Shown: one piece after another, positions 31,880 through 45,354 of the stretch
How the letters are laid out: each line of letters begins with the position of its first letter
Numbering within the stretch: position 1 is the first letter of the stretch
NCBI GenBank assembly: GCA_964016885.1
Contig: OZ024742.1
Span: forward strand, 60,636,001-60,700,000
Direction of reading: 5' to 3'
DNA: 64,000 bases
DNA from: Eledone cirrhosa
Lineage: Eukaryota
The notes under the pieces: generated by a model
What the model was told of the DNA's origin: nothing
What the model saw: only the letters and a program-made list of their open reading frames with translations
The model's database searches: none
Made by a program: the position numbers and the translations under genes

Positions 31880-32014
31880 GTATATATATTTATATATATA
31901 TATATATATAGATATATGTATATATATATATTTATATATGTATATATATTTATATATATATATTTACATATATATTTATATATATTTATATATATATATT
32001 TATATATATATATT

Positions 32015-32051
<37 letters not shown>

Positions 32052-32081
32052 TTATTTATATAGATATATTTATATATATAT

Positions 32082-32895
32082 AAACGGAAAAAATGAAACG
32101 AAATTTCATTTCCCACTCTTAGTACGGCTGTTACTTAAATATAAGTATGTACACGTACATACATATATGTATACAGACGTACAGTAGTATGTATATATAT
32201 ATACATACATGCACACATATATATATGTACGTATGGATTCAACGAACATTTATTATAATGCTCGGTGTGTTTGTAAACAAACATCCCGTATTAAGCCGTA
32301 GTGTCCAGCAACCATCGTTGCTCGTTTGTTCAACACTGATAAAGGAACGCTGAAATAGTTTCAAGCTTATTAGCTATCGTCAGCAACGTATACCTTCCTG
32401 CCAGATTGTTGAACGTATATACTTACCTTATGCATATTAACAGCTGAGGAGCCCAATTTGAATATCGAGTGGGTTAATCGGCCGGGTGCACCGAATACAA
32501 TAAACGGAAAAAATGAAATTTCGTTTCATTTTTTCCGTTTATCGTTTTCGGTGCACCCGGCCGATTAACCCACTCGATATGCAAATTGGGCTTCTCTGCT
32601 TTAATATGCATAAGGTAAGTATATACGTTCAACAATCTGGCAGGAATGTATACGTTGCTGACGATAGCTAATAAGCTTGAAACTATTACAGAGTTCCTTT
32701 GTCAGTGTTGAACAAACGAGCAACGATGGTTGCTGGACACTACGGCTTAATACGGGATGTTTGTTTACAAACACACCGAGCATTATAATAAATGTTCGGT
32801 GAATCCATACGTACTTATATATGTGTGTGCATGTATGTATATATATATACATACTACTGTAGGTTTGTATACATATAAGTATGTACGTGTACATA

Positions 32896-32900
<5 letters not shown>
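32082..32900. mobile_element. Family B retrozyme-like element: one 420-nt monomer plus an inverted copy
   Basis: taaacggaaaaaatgaaa at 32081 and 32501; inversion near 32518; HHRs at 32347-32389 (-) and 32652-32694 (+). Confidence 0.9.
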
Positions 32901-32956
<56 letters not shown>

Positions 32957-33523
32957 GTGTGTGTGTGGGGGGGGGGGTATGTGTGCATATATACAGAAAC
33001 ACATATATATGTATATATTTTTACGTCTATCCATTACCCAAAATTCTGACGCATACAAGTAGAACCACAGAAAGCCATTATCGGATCGTAGTCATTTTCG
33101 AGTGATTGAAACGGCCTTTCTACTCATTGTCATTATCGAATCACACTCTTTATGCACTTGTTTTCATTATCCAATCAAATGGACATTAATCTCCTTAAAA
33201 TATGCACCGCTTTATTTATTTATTTTTTTGTATTTTTTTATTTTTATTATATTTATATTTATATTTATTTCAGTTTCATTATTCCTTTTTTCTTCTAACG
33301 ATAAACTTAGTGTCACTTCTAAATGTGTTTGAAAAGTAGGTAAATGCTTATAATTGCAGCATGGATTATTCATAACCCAGGACGCGTTGGCATATGGAAA
33401 AGTTCAGATTTATTTTGGTGACGCTCATCTATTTCTCTGTTTCTTCTTATTTTGAATGTTGCTTTTACACCACACACATATATATATCTACAGATACACA
33501 CGCACACACACGTATATATATAT

Positions 33524-33566
<43 letters not shown>

Positions 33567-33584
33567 GGATATATATATATATAT

Positions 33585-33781
33585 AACGAAGGAGTTGTGG
33601 TAAGGAACCAGATGGACCATAACGCAGCAGAGTACTCAATACCTAGGGTTGTAGAGTGGGTAATAGGAACATGTATGACCCCGACGTCAGAGCTCAAGCC
33701 GTTTCGATGGCTATTTCTGGAGTCTAGAAATAACCGTCGAAACGGCTTGAGCTCTGCCGTCGGGGTCATACATTTTCCTAT
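33585..33781. mobile_element. Family A short fold-back copy
   Basis: Inverts at ttctggag|tctagaa, inside HHR stem II. Confidence 0.85.
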
Positions 33782-33972
33782 ATATATATATACATGTATA
33801 TATTCATATACACATACATATATATACATGTATATATTCATATATACATACATATATGTATATATATACACGTATATATTCATATACACATACATATATA
33901 TACATGTATATATTCATATATACATACATATATGTATATATATATAATATATATACATATATATATATATGA

Positions 33973-34005
<33 letters not shown>

Positions 34006-34084
34006 GTTTATATATATATATATATAAGTATAAATGTATGTTTATACATATATATATATGTATATATACATGTATATATATATG

Positions 34085-34175
<91 letters not shown>

Positions 34176-34352
34176 GGTGTATTCATACATTTGTGTATTT
34201 CGGTTTATATGTATATGTTTATATGCACACAGTTATATAATTGTATATACATATGTACACATTTATAAATAAACTCACACACGGACACACACATTCTCAC
34301 ACGCACAAGCCTATATATGTGTGTGCGTGTGCATCTGCGCGAAGGTGTGTAT

Positions 34353-34390
<38 letters not shown>

Positions 34391-35737
34391 AAACTGACAG
34401 CCGCTTTTAATCATTTCCTTTCTCTTCATCAACCAAATTACTCTTCAGTCAGTCAGTAAAGTATTATGAGTATAACTTAACTTCATTTTTTCTCCTTCTT
34501 ATCGGTTGTCACTCTCTGCAACCGCCTGTAACCGCTTGTAACCGCAGATAATATCCGTCTGCCCGTTTGACGAACGAACGAAAAACTTTTTTCTGTTTTA
34601 ATTACACCGCTATAGCTCTACTTGAAGTGTTGAGCTATCAAATACCTAATGTTAGATATTTATATACCTATTCAGCTGGCTAGCTTGTTATTACTTTTGT
34701 CTTGGTCATTGATATTGTTCAAAATTGATTCAGTGGATAGGAGTTATCCTGTTCACTCAGCCAATAAATGTACTCAAACTCTCACAAATGTTATAAGTTA
34801 TATGAAACTATCGTGAATGTACGTGGTATTGTGTTTAGGATGATGGATACGTGATCGTAATTTCGTGACATCGATTTGCGGGTGGGCGATCATAATTTCC
34901 TCTACGAGAAAATACTTCATTTCCCGTTGATCCAGTCTATTGAGATGGAAAATAATGAATTACATTGCCAATGACTTGCCTTTTCCTTGGAAAACATTGA
35001 TGTAGAGAGGGAAAACTTGCAACGCACAAACGAGTTGTCTCCAACGAGTAAGAGGCAGGACCAGAAGAAATCGGATTAGGCATGAAGACATTATATAGAT
35101 GGTCAGTATCATCCCAGTCAAGCACTTCTTAGTTTAATACATCAAAAGGTTTAGTCTTCTGATGAAGACAAATTAACCAGGGAGTGGGTAATCAGAAATG
35201 GTAGGGCGCCGCTCTATCTACCTTGATGTTTATACCGGCTCGCTGCACTCTGAGTTCTAATCGCGCCTAGATTAAATTTGATCTGCATCCATTAAGGGTC
35301 CATAAATAAACTAACTGTTCAGGGGCGGTACATTGATACAGATTAGGGCGAGAAGCTTTGATGCATGGTATTTGGCTCAGCGTTTTGAGTTCAAGTCTTC
35401 CTTTCTGACAGGATTTGCAGCAGCTAGATAATATCAGAAATGGAAAAGCATTGAGACAATGTTTCTTAGGCTCAATTTGATGATCAGTTCCTTTACCGTT
35501 CTTAACCATCAACCCTTGCGAGGCAATGGCAGTGGCTTCTCAGAAAAGTATCATGAACGTGGTGGAGTGACGGTGACGCAGTAATGATTCGTATCAACAG
35601 CTCTAACGTTAGTACAGGCTTCATTTCCCCGCAATACCTTCCTAAAACAACATTCACAATCCAAAAACAAACAATTAATACAAACAAAATCACATGTCAG
35701 GCTAAGTACGCCAAGTGTTCACTAACAAAAAATCGAA

Positions 35738-35801
<64 letters not shown>

Positions 35802-35809
35802 TTATTTAT

Positions 35810-35880
35810 TTATTAAAATAACAGATTAAAGTTTAAGCAAAGAATCGGTGCTTTCACCCTTAACGGGATCTTCTGAAACT
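35810..35880 (-). ncRNA. Family I hammerhead-like motif with CAGAAGA core (35830-35880)
   Basis: agttt-cagaaga-tcccgttaagggt-gaaa-gca..tgc-tt-aaact. Confidence 0.6.
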
Positions 35881-36053
35881 ATTATTATCATTATTATATA
35901 TATATAAGAAATACATATCTTTTTTTACAAAACAATATAAAGAATTCTAGAGTAATTTATTATAAAAGCAATACAAAAGGCTATGTATCATACTCCATTG
36001 AAGGAATTTTCCAAAATGGTATGTATACAAAATCCTACCTCACTTTCAAATAA

Positions 36054-36103
<50 letters not shown>

Positions 36104-36104
36104 A

Positions 36105-36135
<31 letters not shown>

Positions 36136-36182
36136 TAGAAAGTGGGGTAGGATTTTGTATACATACTGTTATATATATATAT

Positions 36183-36378
36183 AGGAGAACAGTCAATACC
36201 CCGACGGCTGAGCTCCGGCCGTTTCGACCGACAACTAGTCCTGAACTAGCTGTCGCAACAGCCGGAGCTCAGCCGTCCGGGTCCTGACTCTTTTCCTATT
36301 ACCTTCTCTACTACCCGCAGTATCGATTACCCTGGTGCATTGTGGTCCACCTGGTTCCTTACCACACTTCCTTCGTTA
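36183..36378. mobile_element. Diverged family A fold-back copy
   Basis: ccccgacggctgagctc...ccacacttccttcgtta with inversion near 36240. Confidence 0.75.
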
Positions 36379-36949
36379 CAAACTGCAGAGCTCAAAATTT
36401 AGTAAAATAAAATTTTTAGATTAAATCCATCTTAAATGTCTACGATAGCTTCTATACGAGTAATAATCTTGCATTTATATACCAACAACGAATTAATCAG
36501 TTACAATTAATTAACGATTATTCAGACAATATACGAAACATCTGGATATCATCAAGTTCATTACGAATTTGAACCCAACAGTAACACGTATCAAAAACAT
36601 TAGCAAGTACAGAATATAGGCAAGCAATGAAATACACGGGTGAAGCGGAGGGATGTATACGGTGGTAATCACAGTAAAGAAGTACTTTTTTAGGCATATG
36701 AAACATAAAATAGTATAAATTATTCGGTGTAAGCGTTGGAAAAACAACAGTACATTAGTGATATGCCGCAAATTACAGACACAAAAAAACAAACAGTCCA
36801 AAACCCACAAGTTACTCAATTTTATATGACAGAATATCAGTAGAAAACATTAAGCATCTTAATAATAACAGCGTTCGGAATTAGCAGGTGAGTTTTATTG
36901 TAGTACAATAAAGCAATATATCATTACTTAAATTACCTGTTGTTCTTTT

Positions 36950-37125
36950 TAATAATACATATCAACATTTTCTTTCCATCGCACATATTATTAAACCCTT
37001 AAATATCATTCTTAATACATATTAACTTTTTCTTTCCATCACATATGTTATTAAACCCTTAAATATTATTCTTAATACATATTAACATTTTCTTTTCATC
37101 GCACATATCATTAAACCCATCAATA
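36950..37125. repeat. Three tandem units of about 60 bp
   Basis: taatacatattaacattttctttccatcgcacatattattaaaccc repeated. Confidence 0.85.
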
Positions 37126-37485
37126 TACAAACCTTAACTTTACATTATTTTTCTCTTCGTTAATTTTCAAATTCTTTTAATTTATACATTATCTTCCAAC
37201 GGTTTTCAACCTCTCTATGTAAAACAATATATCTTTCTCAGTTATAAAAGCTATCTCTCTCTCCTATCACCCATCTCTCCTCCTATCTCATCCTTCCTCA
37301 TTATACTCTCCCTCTCCACTTTTTACTCTCATCTCCTCCTCTTTTTCATCCTTTCCACCCCTACCCCCTCAAAATAAAATATTTTTCCCAATATCACACA
37401 TCAATCTAAAACTACTTCTCATATGTTGATTTAAAACTGCACTATCCACAAGTGTTTTTTAACCTTCATATCATGTCTTCCTGTT

Positions 37486-37548
37486 TTATCTGATGAAAAC
37501 ACAAATATTATTGCATGATGATATTTGTTTTTGAAATGCGCATAATAA
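37486..37548 (+). ncRNA. Type I hammerhead with extended stem II
   Basis: ttat-CTGATGA-aaacacaaatatt..gatatttgtttt-GAAA-tgcgca-TA-ataa; about 35 nt before (TA)n. Confidence 0.85.
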
Positions 37549-37580
37549 GATACATGGAACTCTTTTAACCATCTTTTATT

Positions 37581-37634
<54 letters not shown>

Positions 37635-37638
37635 TATA

Positions 37639-38150
37639 TACGTTTAAATAGCTTGACAAATCGGACATTGTGGTAGGCTAAACTAACACACAATACATAC
37701 CAAAGTAATGAAGAAACTAATCAGGTTGAGAAAAATAGACCTGGACAGATCAGACGAACGTTTGAAATGTTTCTCTGACTCCGAAATCAACATATTTTAT
37801 CACTCCTGATCCTAACCAGAACGAAAACCTGTTGATAAACTGATTCCTCTGTTCAGTCACCAATACTTGCCATTCAAGTAAGTCTGCTATTTGATTTCGG
37901 AGTCAGAGAAACATTTCAAACGTTCGTCTGATCTGTCCAGGTCTATTTTTCTCAACCTGATTAGTTTCTTCGTTACTTTGGTACACATTGTGTGTTAGTT
38001 TAGCCTACCACAATGTCCGATTTGGCAAGCTATTTAAACGTATGTTATAACTCTGAGACCTATCCTATTGAGTGCTTCGCTAACCCATCACTTCATATAA
38101 GTAGGCCGAATTACTTGCAAACCGCCAGAGATTCGATTTTACTGATTCCC

Positions 38151-38153
<3 letters not shown>
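37639..38153. mobile_element. Family J fold-back copy
   Basis: 37639-37790 is the reverse complement of about 37890-38042. Confidence 0.85.
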
Positions 38154-38216
<63 letters not shown>

Positions 38217-38290
38217 GTGTGTGTACGTACATGTCTTTAGCAACTATTATCAGGGAATTACGTATGTATATTTAAGTGAATATATATATA

Positions 38291-38505
38291 TTAGAAAGTG
38301 AGGTTTTTTTTACAAAATGAAAAATAACCGAGGTGTCCTACACGAGTGAAAGTATAAAGAAAAAATGATGAAATCGAAAATGCAACTGGAGACTTATTTA
38401 AAAAATATATATATATATTTATTTGGTTCCTTTACCGGTTTCGCAATTCTTCTGCTTTTCAAAACTAGAGTTGAGATGGAGGGTCTTTGGTTTTTATCAC
38501 ATTTT
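38291..38505 (-). mobile_element. Family C copy with hammerhead (38429-38465)
   Basis: Reverse complement of 50155-50368; bounded by (TA)n on both sides. Confidence 0.85.
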
Positions 38506-38575
<70 letters not shown>

Positions 38576-39252
38576 GAAATAGAAGCTTTCGCCGTATTTT
38601 TAACTAAAGAAATTCTAGCCTAATAGTGCGGTGTAGAACCCTCTAAGAAATGGAAAAAGAAAAGTATTGACGTACATGGGAGGGAGTCAAACCCACATAT
38701 TTGGTTATCGTCACCACTTTGCTACTGTTACACCAACAAATCATCTATTTTATGAATGAGCATTAGCTTACATGGGACACGAACGCACAACTCTAGTTAC
38801 CATGGCCAGTGTACTACCATTATATTAATACGCCACCCACACAAATTTCCATTAAATTTGAAGTTACATAATCATAGTGTATACATACACATAAGATACA
38901 AAGCTTTTTCAGCTTTTGTTTACAAACCCTAACCCTCATGCTCATTCATTTCTCCATTTCTGTGAGATTTTATAACTCCAAATTATTAGGCTAATTTATT
39001 TAGTGAAGATACAACGGTGGCACTATTTTCACTATCTAATACTTACATATGTTAAGCACACACACACGCACATATATATATATATATATATAAACGTGTA
39101 TATATAAACATGTATATATATATATATGACGTCACCAGGTATGTCTCTCCATGTGTGTTTATTTTCATAATTCCGCACGAGGTGAACTAGCCTGCTTTTA
39201 AATTCCCTTTTTGGCATATTTTGGTAGTGCCCCTTTAGATTATCATGTTTGA

Positions 39253-39333
39253 GCTCTACTGAGGAACGACTCCAACCGTGACTAATCCCACTGAAAAGTT
39301 TCGGGAAATAGTATTTTTAAGACTATATAGAGC
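39253..39333 (+). ncRNA. Type I hammerhead with about 40-nt stem II region
   Basis: gctcta-CTGAGGA-[39 nt]-GAAA-tagt atttttaag acta-TA-tagagc; perfect 6-bp stem I. Confidence 0.8.
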
Positions 39334-39601
39334 ATTTGTAGTTTTTCCAAATTGAGGATGAGTATTTAAACCCTATTATATTCTGAGTTAAGACTGTATT
39401 GGTTTTTTCCCTGGATTTCACAAAATCTGTGAATACAATCTATGTGTTGATATTTTAAAATTGAGTTTGAATTATTTTCCCACATCTTACGTTAATTATT
39501 TTCCATTTTGACGTTATAGTCACTTATATATTATGAAATACTGTTGGTTCCTTGCTCACATTAATTTCTATATTTTCATTTATATATATATATATATACA
39601 T

Positions 39602-39679
<78 letters not shown>

Positions 39680-39681
<2 letters not shown>

Positions 39682-39873
39682 CGAAGGAAATGTGGTAAGG
39701 AACCAGGTGGACCATAACGCACCAAAGTACTCAATACTTAGTGTAGTAGAGCTGGTAATAGGAACCAGTAAGACCCCGACGGCTGAGCTCAAGACGTTTC
39801 GACGGCTAATTCTGGACTCAGAATTAGCCGTCGAAACGGCTTGAGCTCAGCCGTCGGGGTCTTACTGGTTCCT
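39680..39873. mobile_element. Family A short fold-back copy
   Basis: Palindrome centred on aattctg-gact-cagaatt. Confidence 0.88.
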
Positions 39874-40001
39874 ATATATATATATATATATATATAAATA
39901 TATATATTTCGTTTCTGAATTTGTTTAGCAAGATTCTTGTTTAGCAAGATTCTTATTGGCAACATGACCCTCCCAAAGTATAACAATAAATATATATATA
40001 T

Positions 40002-40097
<96 letters not shown>

Positions 40098-40166
40098 TAT
40101 GAAGAGAGAAGAAACATTTAGATATAATTAGTAATAAAATGTATCATACCTAAACTGCTCCTAGAT

Positions 40167-40256
40167 TCCTCGACTACGTAGTTTCGTGGCATAAACAAAA
40201 ACAATACATCATAAAGATATAGAGTCCTTGCGAGGTCTGCCGACTTATCAAGAGGA
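40167..40256 (-). ncRNA. Type I hammerhead with U3:A8 core and long stem II
   Basis: tcctc-TTGATAA-gtcggca..[long]..tgccac-GAAA-ctacgtag-TC-gagga. Confidence 0.8.
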
Positions 40257-40492
40257 TACCTCATTTTACTAGTCTCAAGAACGCGTCTACACGACGTGAG
40301 AAAGAATCCCAAAAGGCGGAGGGGGAGATAGTCACGCGATATAACGGTCGAGAAACAGAGCTAAGCCTCTTATAACCCCGAAGAAAATATCACGGAGGCG
40401 GAGGGGGTATTTATATCGAAGCCGTAGAAGAGGTGGTGAAGGAGGCGAGAAGTATGAGTAATGGAAGCTTTCCAGCAGTCCCCACACTTCAA

Positions 40493-40752
40493 AGATTGCT
40501 CGACCAGAGGGAGTTATTATCAATATATTTAGAAACACACAGATACATGCGGACACACACATATACATGAATGCATCCGCACCCAACCGTGAGTTAAGGG
40601 TGCCAACTTCAGTCATTCATTGAGCAACATCGGTGAAGTTGGCACCCTTAACTCACGGTTGGGTGCGGATGCATTCATGTATATGTGTGTGTCCGCATGT
40701 ATCTGTGTGTTTCTAAATATACTGTTAATAACTCCCTCTGGTCGAGCAATCT
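40493..40752. repeat. Near-perfect inverted repeat, about 119-bp arms
   Basis: agattgctcgaccagaggg...ccaacttca / tgaagttgg...ccctctggtcgagcaatct. Confidence 0.92.
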
Positions 40753-41311
40753 CGTAAGTTGAACAATTTTTCACTTTTTGTATTGCGTTTTATTGTGTTT
40801 TGTTTTGATATGCGCTCTAATTCCTGCTATTAATTTCATCTCTCACTCTTTGTTGTGAAATAGACTGTTTTACGCACGCGGTTGCCGTAACCCAGCTTGC
40901 TAATATATATCGCTCTATAATAGATACTGGCATATAATGTCCGTTAAAGGTTCTTGGCATTACCATTGTTACTATCGCTTTCCTCTAGTCATGGGACTTA
41001 GAGACATGAGCCGAATGCTACCATTCTATTATACATCGATGTGGGACTGATATTTCTAATAACCATCTTTCCACTTCTTATTAAATTGTGTTTGAGACAC
41101 GTTGGCTTAGCGCTTTTAACCAGAACGAAAAGATTTGTTTTCTATTCCCCCGCCACCACGTAAAGCTTGTAAATCGGTGGCTGGTCGAGGGACAGAATTT
41201 ATCGGATTCCAGTTTCTATTCACTTTACTGTGTCGGCCGTCACAAACCGTCATAGCTGGCATGGGCTGGGGTTTGGATTCTGTCGATCGATTGGTTATTG
41301 ATTAGGTTTTA

Positions 41312-41422
41312 CCCGCTGATGAAGCAACATACACCGATTATGCATTGTTGCATAATATATGCAGAAAGTGGGTGAAGTGCACCCTACTGCTGCATTAAGT
41401 GTGGCAGAAACTCGAGTCCGCG
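41312..41422 (+). ncRNA. Hammerhead candidate with about 84-nt branched stem II domain
   Basis: cg-CTGATGA-[hairpins attatgca/tgcataat, atgcag/ctgcat, gggtg/caccc]-GAAA-ctcgag-TC-cg; stem I is weak. Confidence 0.6.
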
Positions 41423-41579
41423 ACTATTATAGGACCCCGTTTTACGTGTGTTGTATTGAAGCGAATAATTATGTGTATATACTCTGAGAATGTATCCTAC
41501 ATTACCTATTGAGTACGCTGAGATACAACCGGTTCTGGCATTGATAAATATGCTGGGTCCGTCAACTCCTTATTATTAT

Positions 41580-41762
41580 TATTGGCAGTATCGGTAGAGG
41601 GTCAGACACCATGCTTTGACGCATAGAGTTACGGCACTTTCCATTCTCAGTTCAAATCCCGCCGGGGTCAACTTTGCCTTTAATCCTTACGGGGTCGATA
41701 AAATAAAGTACCAGTAATGTACTGGGTAATTGCTGGCCTTGTGCCAAAAGTAGAAACAATTA
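41580..41762 (+). mobile_element. SINE copy
   Basis: Matches 13189-13377. Confidence 0.8.
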
Positions 41763-41771
41763 TTATATATA

Positions 41772-42300
41772 CTAGCAGAGGTACTCGGCGTTGCTCGGGT
41801 ATTAAATAGCAGTCATGTAAACCATTTATGTCAATACTTCTGTGCTGCTTCGAAAACTATATTTTTACAAAATCATCGCCTTTTTCCAAAAGAAGGTTCC
41901 TGCCCCTAGGGGTCCCCTACTCAATATGTGGCAATTCTGAGAGTTCACATTCATCTGTAGAACAAATGTAGCGCATGTTTCAAGTTTTGTGAAAATCGGT
42001 TGCGAACTCCAGAAGTTATGACGTTGTGTTGCATTGCACTGCGGTGCTTCAGTCGACTGAAAGAAAATGGTTAAAGGGGGTTATCTGCCGGTAGGTCCTA
42101 TAATCAATATCTGGAAAAATTAAAGTGTCCATGACCATCCGGAGTACATACGTAACCTATGTCTTAAGTCTGGTGAACATGCTGTAGAAATGCATAAGGT
42201 TTACACACACACACACGCGCGCGCGTTTGTGTGTGTGTATGTATTTGTGTGTGGTTATCCGTCGGCGCATACGTATGTACTGGTCTAAATCTTCACTATT
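41772..42300 (-). mobile_element. Non-autonomous Helitron-like element
   Basis: Minus strand ends cccgagcaacgccgagtacctctg-CTAG|t (hairpin plus CTAG); 5' boundary uncertain. Confidence 0.55.
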
Positions 42301-42399
42301 TACTTTTACTATGTTAATAACCACTGTCATTTTCGTTTACAATTTTATTTACATCATTCTTAAACTTCGGGGCTGGAAATCATTCGGTTATTTTAAATA

Positions 42400-43520
<1,121 letters not shown>

Positions 43521-43691
43521 TATTATTAATATATATATATATATATATATAAATATATATATATACATACATATATATATATATACATTTATACATACAT
43601 ATATATATACGTATATATATGTTTATATATATATATATATATATATACATATATATATACATATATATACCTATATAAATATATATATGTG

Positions 43692-43750
<59 letters not shown>

Positions 43751-43879
43751 GCATATATATATACACGTATATATACATATATACATATATACATATAAAT
43801 ACATACATATATATACATATATAAGTATATATACTCACATATATATATATACATATATATACATATATACAATATATAC

Positions 43880-43911
<32 letters not shown>

Positions 43912-43915
43912 TTAT

Positions 43916-43951
<36 letters not shown>

Positions 43952-44038
43952 GTATATATGGATATATGTATATATATGTATATATATATATATGAGTATA
44001 TATACGTATATATGTATATATATGTATGTATATATATG

Positions 44039-44070
<32 letters not shown>

Positions 44071-44109
44071 TATGTGTATATATATATGGATATATGTATA
44101 TATATATAT

Positions 44110-44990
44110 ATAAGTATATACACGTACATACATATATGTATACAGACGCACAGTAGTGTGTATATATATATATATATACATACATGCACACACATATATA
44201 TATATATGTACGTATGGATTCACCGAACATTTATTATAATGCTCGGTGTGTTTGTAAACACACATCCTGTATTAAGCCGTAGTGTCTAGCAACCATCGTT
44301 GCTCGTTTGTTCAACACTGACAAAGGAACGCTGGTTGCTGGACTTTACTGCTTAATACGGGATGTTTGTTTACAAACACACCGAACATTATAATAAATGT
44401 TCGGTGAATCCATACGTACATATATATATGTGTGCATGTATCTATGTATATATATATATACATACTACTGCGCGTCTGTATACATATATGTATGTACGTG
44501 TACATACTTATATTTAAGTAACAGCCGTATTAAGACTGGGAAATGAAATTTCGTTTCATTTTCTCCGTTTATCGTTTTCGGTGCACCCGGCCGATTAACT
44601 CACTCGATATGCAAATTGGGCTACTCAGTCGTTAATATGCATAAGGTAAGTATATACGTTCAACAATTTGGCAGGAAGGTATACGTTGCTGACGATAGCT
44701 AATAAGCTTGAAACTAGTACAGCGTTCCTTTGTCAGTGTTGAACAAACGACCAACGATGGTTGCTGGACACTACGGCTTAGTACGGGATGTTTGTTTACA
44801 AACACACCGAGCATTATAATAAATGTTCGGTGAAACCATACGTACATATTTATATCTGTGCATGTATGTATATACATATACATACTACTGTACGTCTGTA
44901 TACATATATGTATGTACGTATACATACTTATATTTAAGTAACAGCCGTACTAAGAGTGGGAAATGAAATTTCGTTTCATTTTTTCCGTTT
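44110..44990. mobile_element. Family B retrozyme-like element: about 1.6 tandem 420-nt monomers plus an inverted arm
   Basis: acagccgta.taaga.tgggaaatgaaatt at 44521 and 44941; 44110-44333 is inverted. Confidence 0.92.
44683..44725 (+). ncRNA. Intact minimal type I hammerhead (family B1)
   Basis: acgttg-CTGACGA-t-agct aata agct-t-GAAA-ctag-TA-cagcgt. Confidence 0.9.
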
Positions 44991-45354
44991 ATATATATAT
45001 ATATATATATATTCACTTATATATATATATATTCACTTATATATTCTTACGTAATGTCTTGATAATAATGGTCAGAATCAAAGGATGGACAAATCAGCGA
45101 AATATTCCAATTAATCTCATTGATTTTACATAAAGATCCAGTTTCGACATCAAGACAATCGAGATCCAGACAGTCTGTAAACATTACTGTCTACTGAATA
45201 ATATTAAATTTTCGCGCAGTTTTTGTCTTTTATTTATTTCCTTTCTTATATAAACTAACTTTTTCTTAAATGATTGAAACAACATCACTCTTGAATTTGA
45301 ACAATACAAAAAAAAGATGAATAAATGAAATCATTAGAATTCATTGATTAGTCA

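Noticed and set aside
32446-32500. CTGAGGA plus hairpins on the antisense strand of family B as a second HHR
   Set aside because: GAAA is replaced by TAAT and the core varies among copies (ctgagta, cagagaa, ctgagca).
33059-33123. Degenerate HHR-like layouts here and at 4378-4411, 15712-15770 and 54961-55051
   Set aside because: Each lacks one core half; they are plausible relics but were not counted.
36950-37125. Tandem units as a CRISPR-like array
   Set aside because: No unique spacers, eukaryotic context and no cas genes; an ordinary minisatellite.
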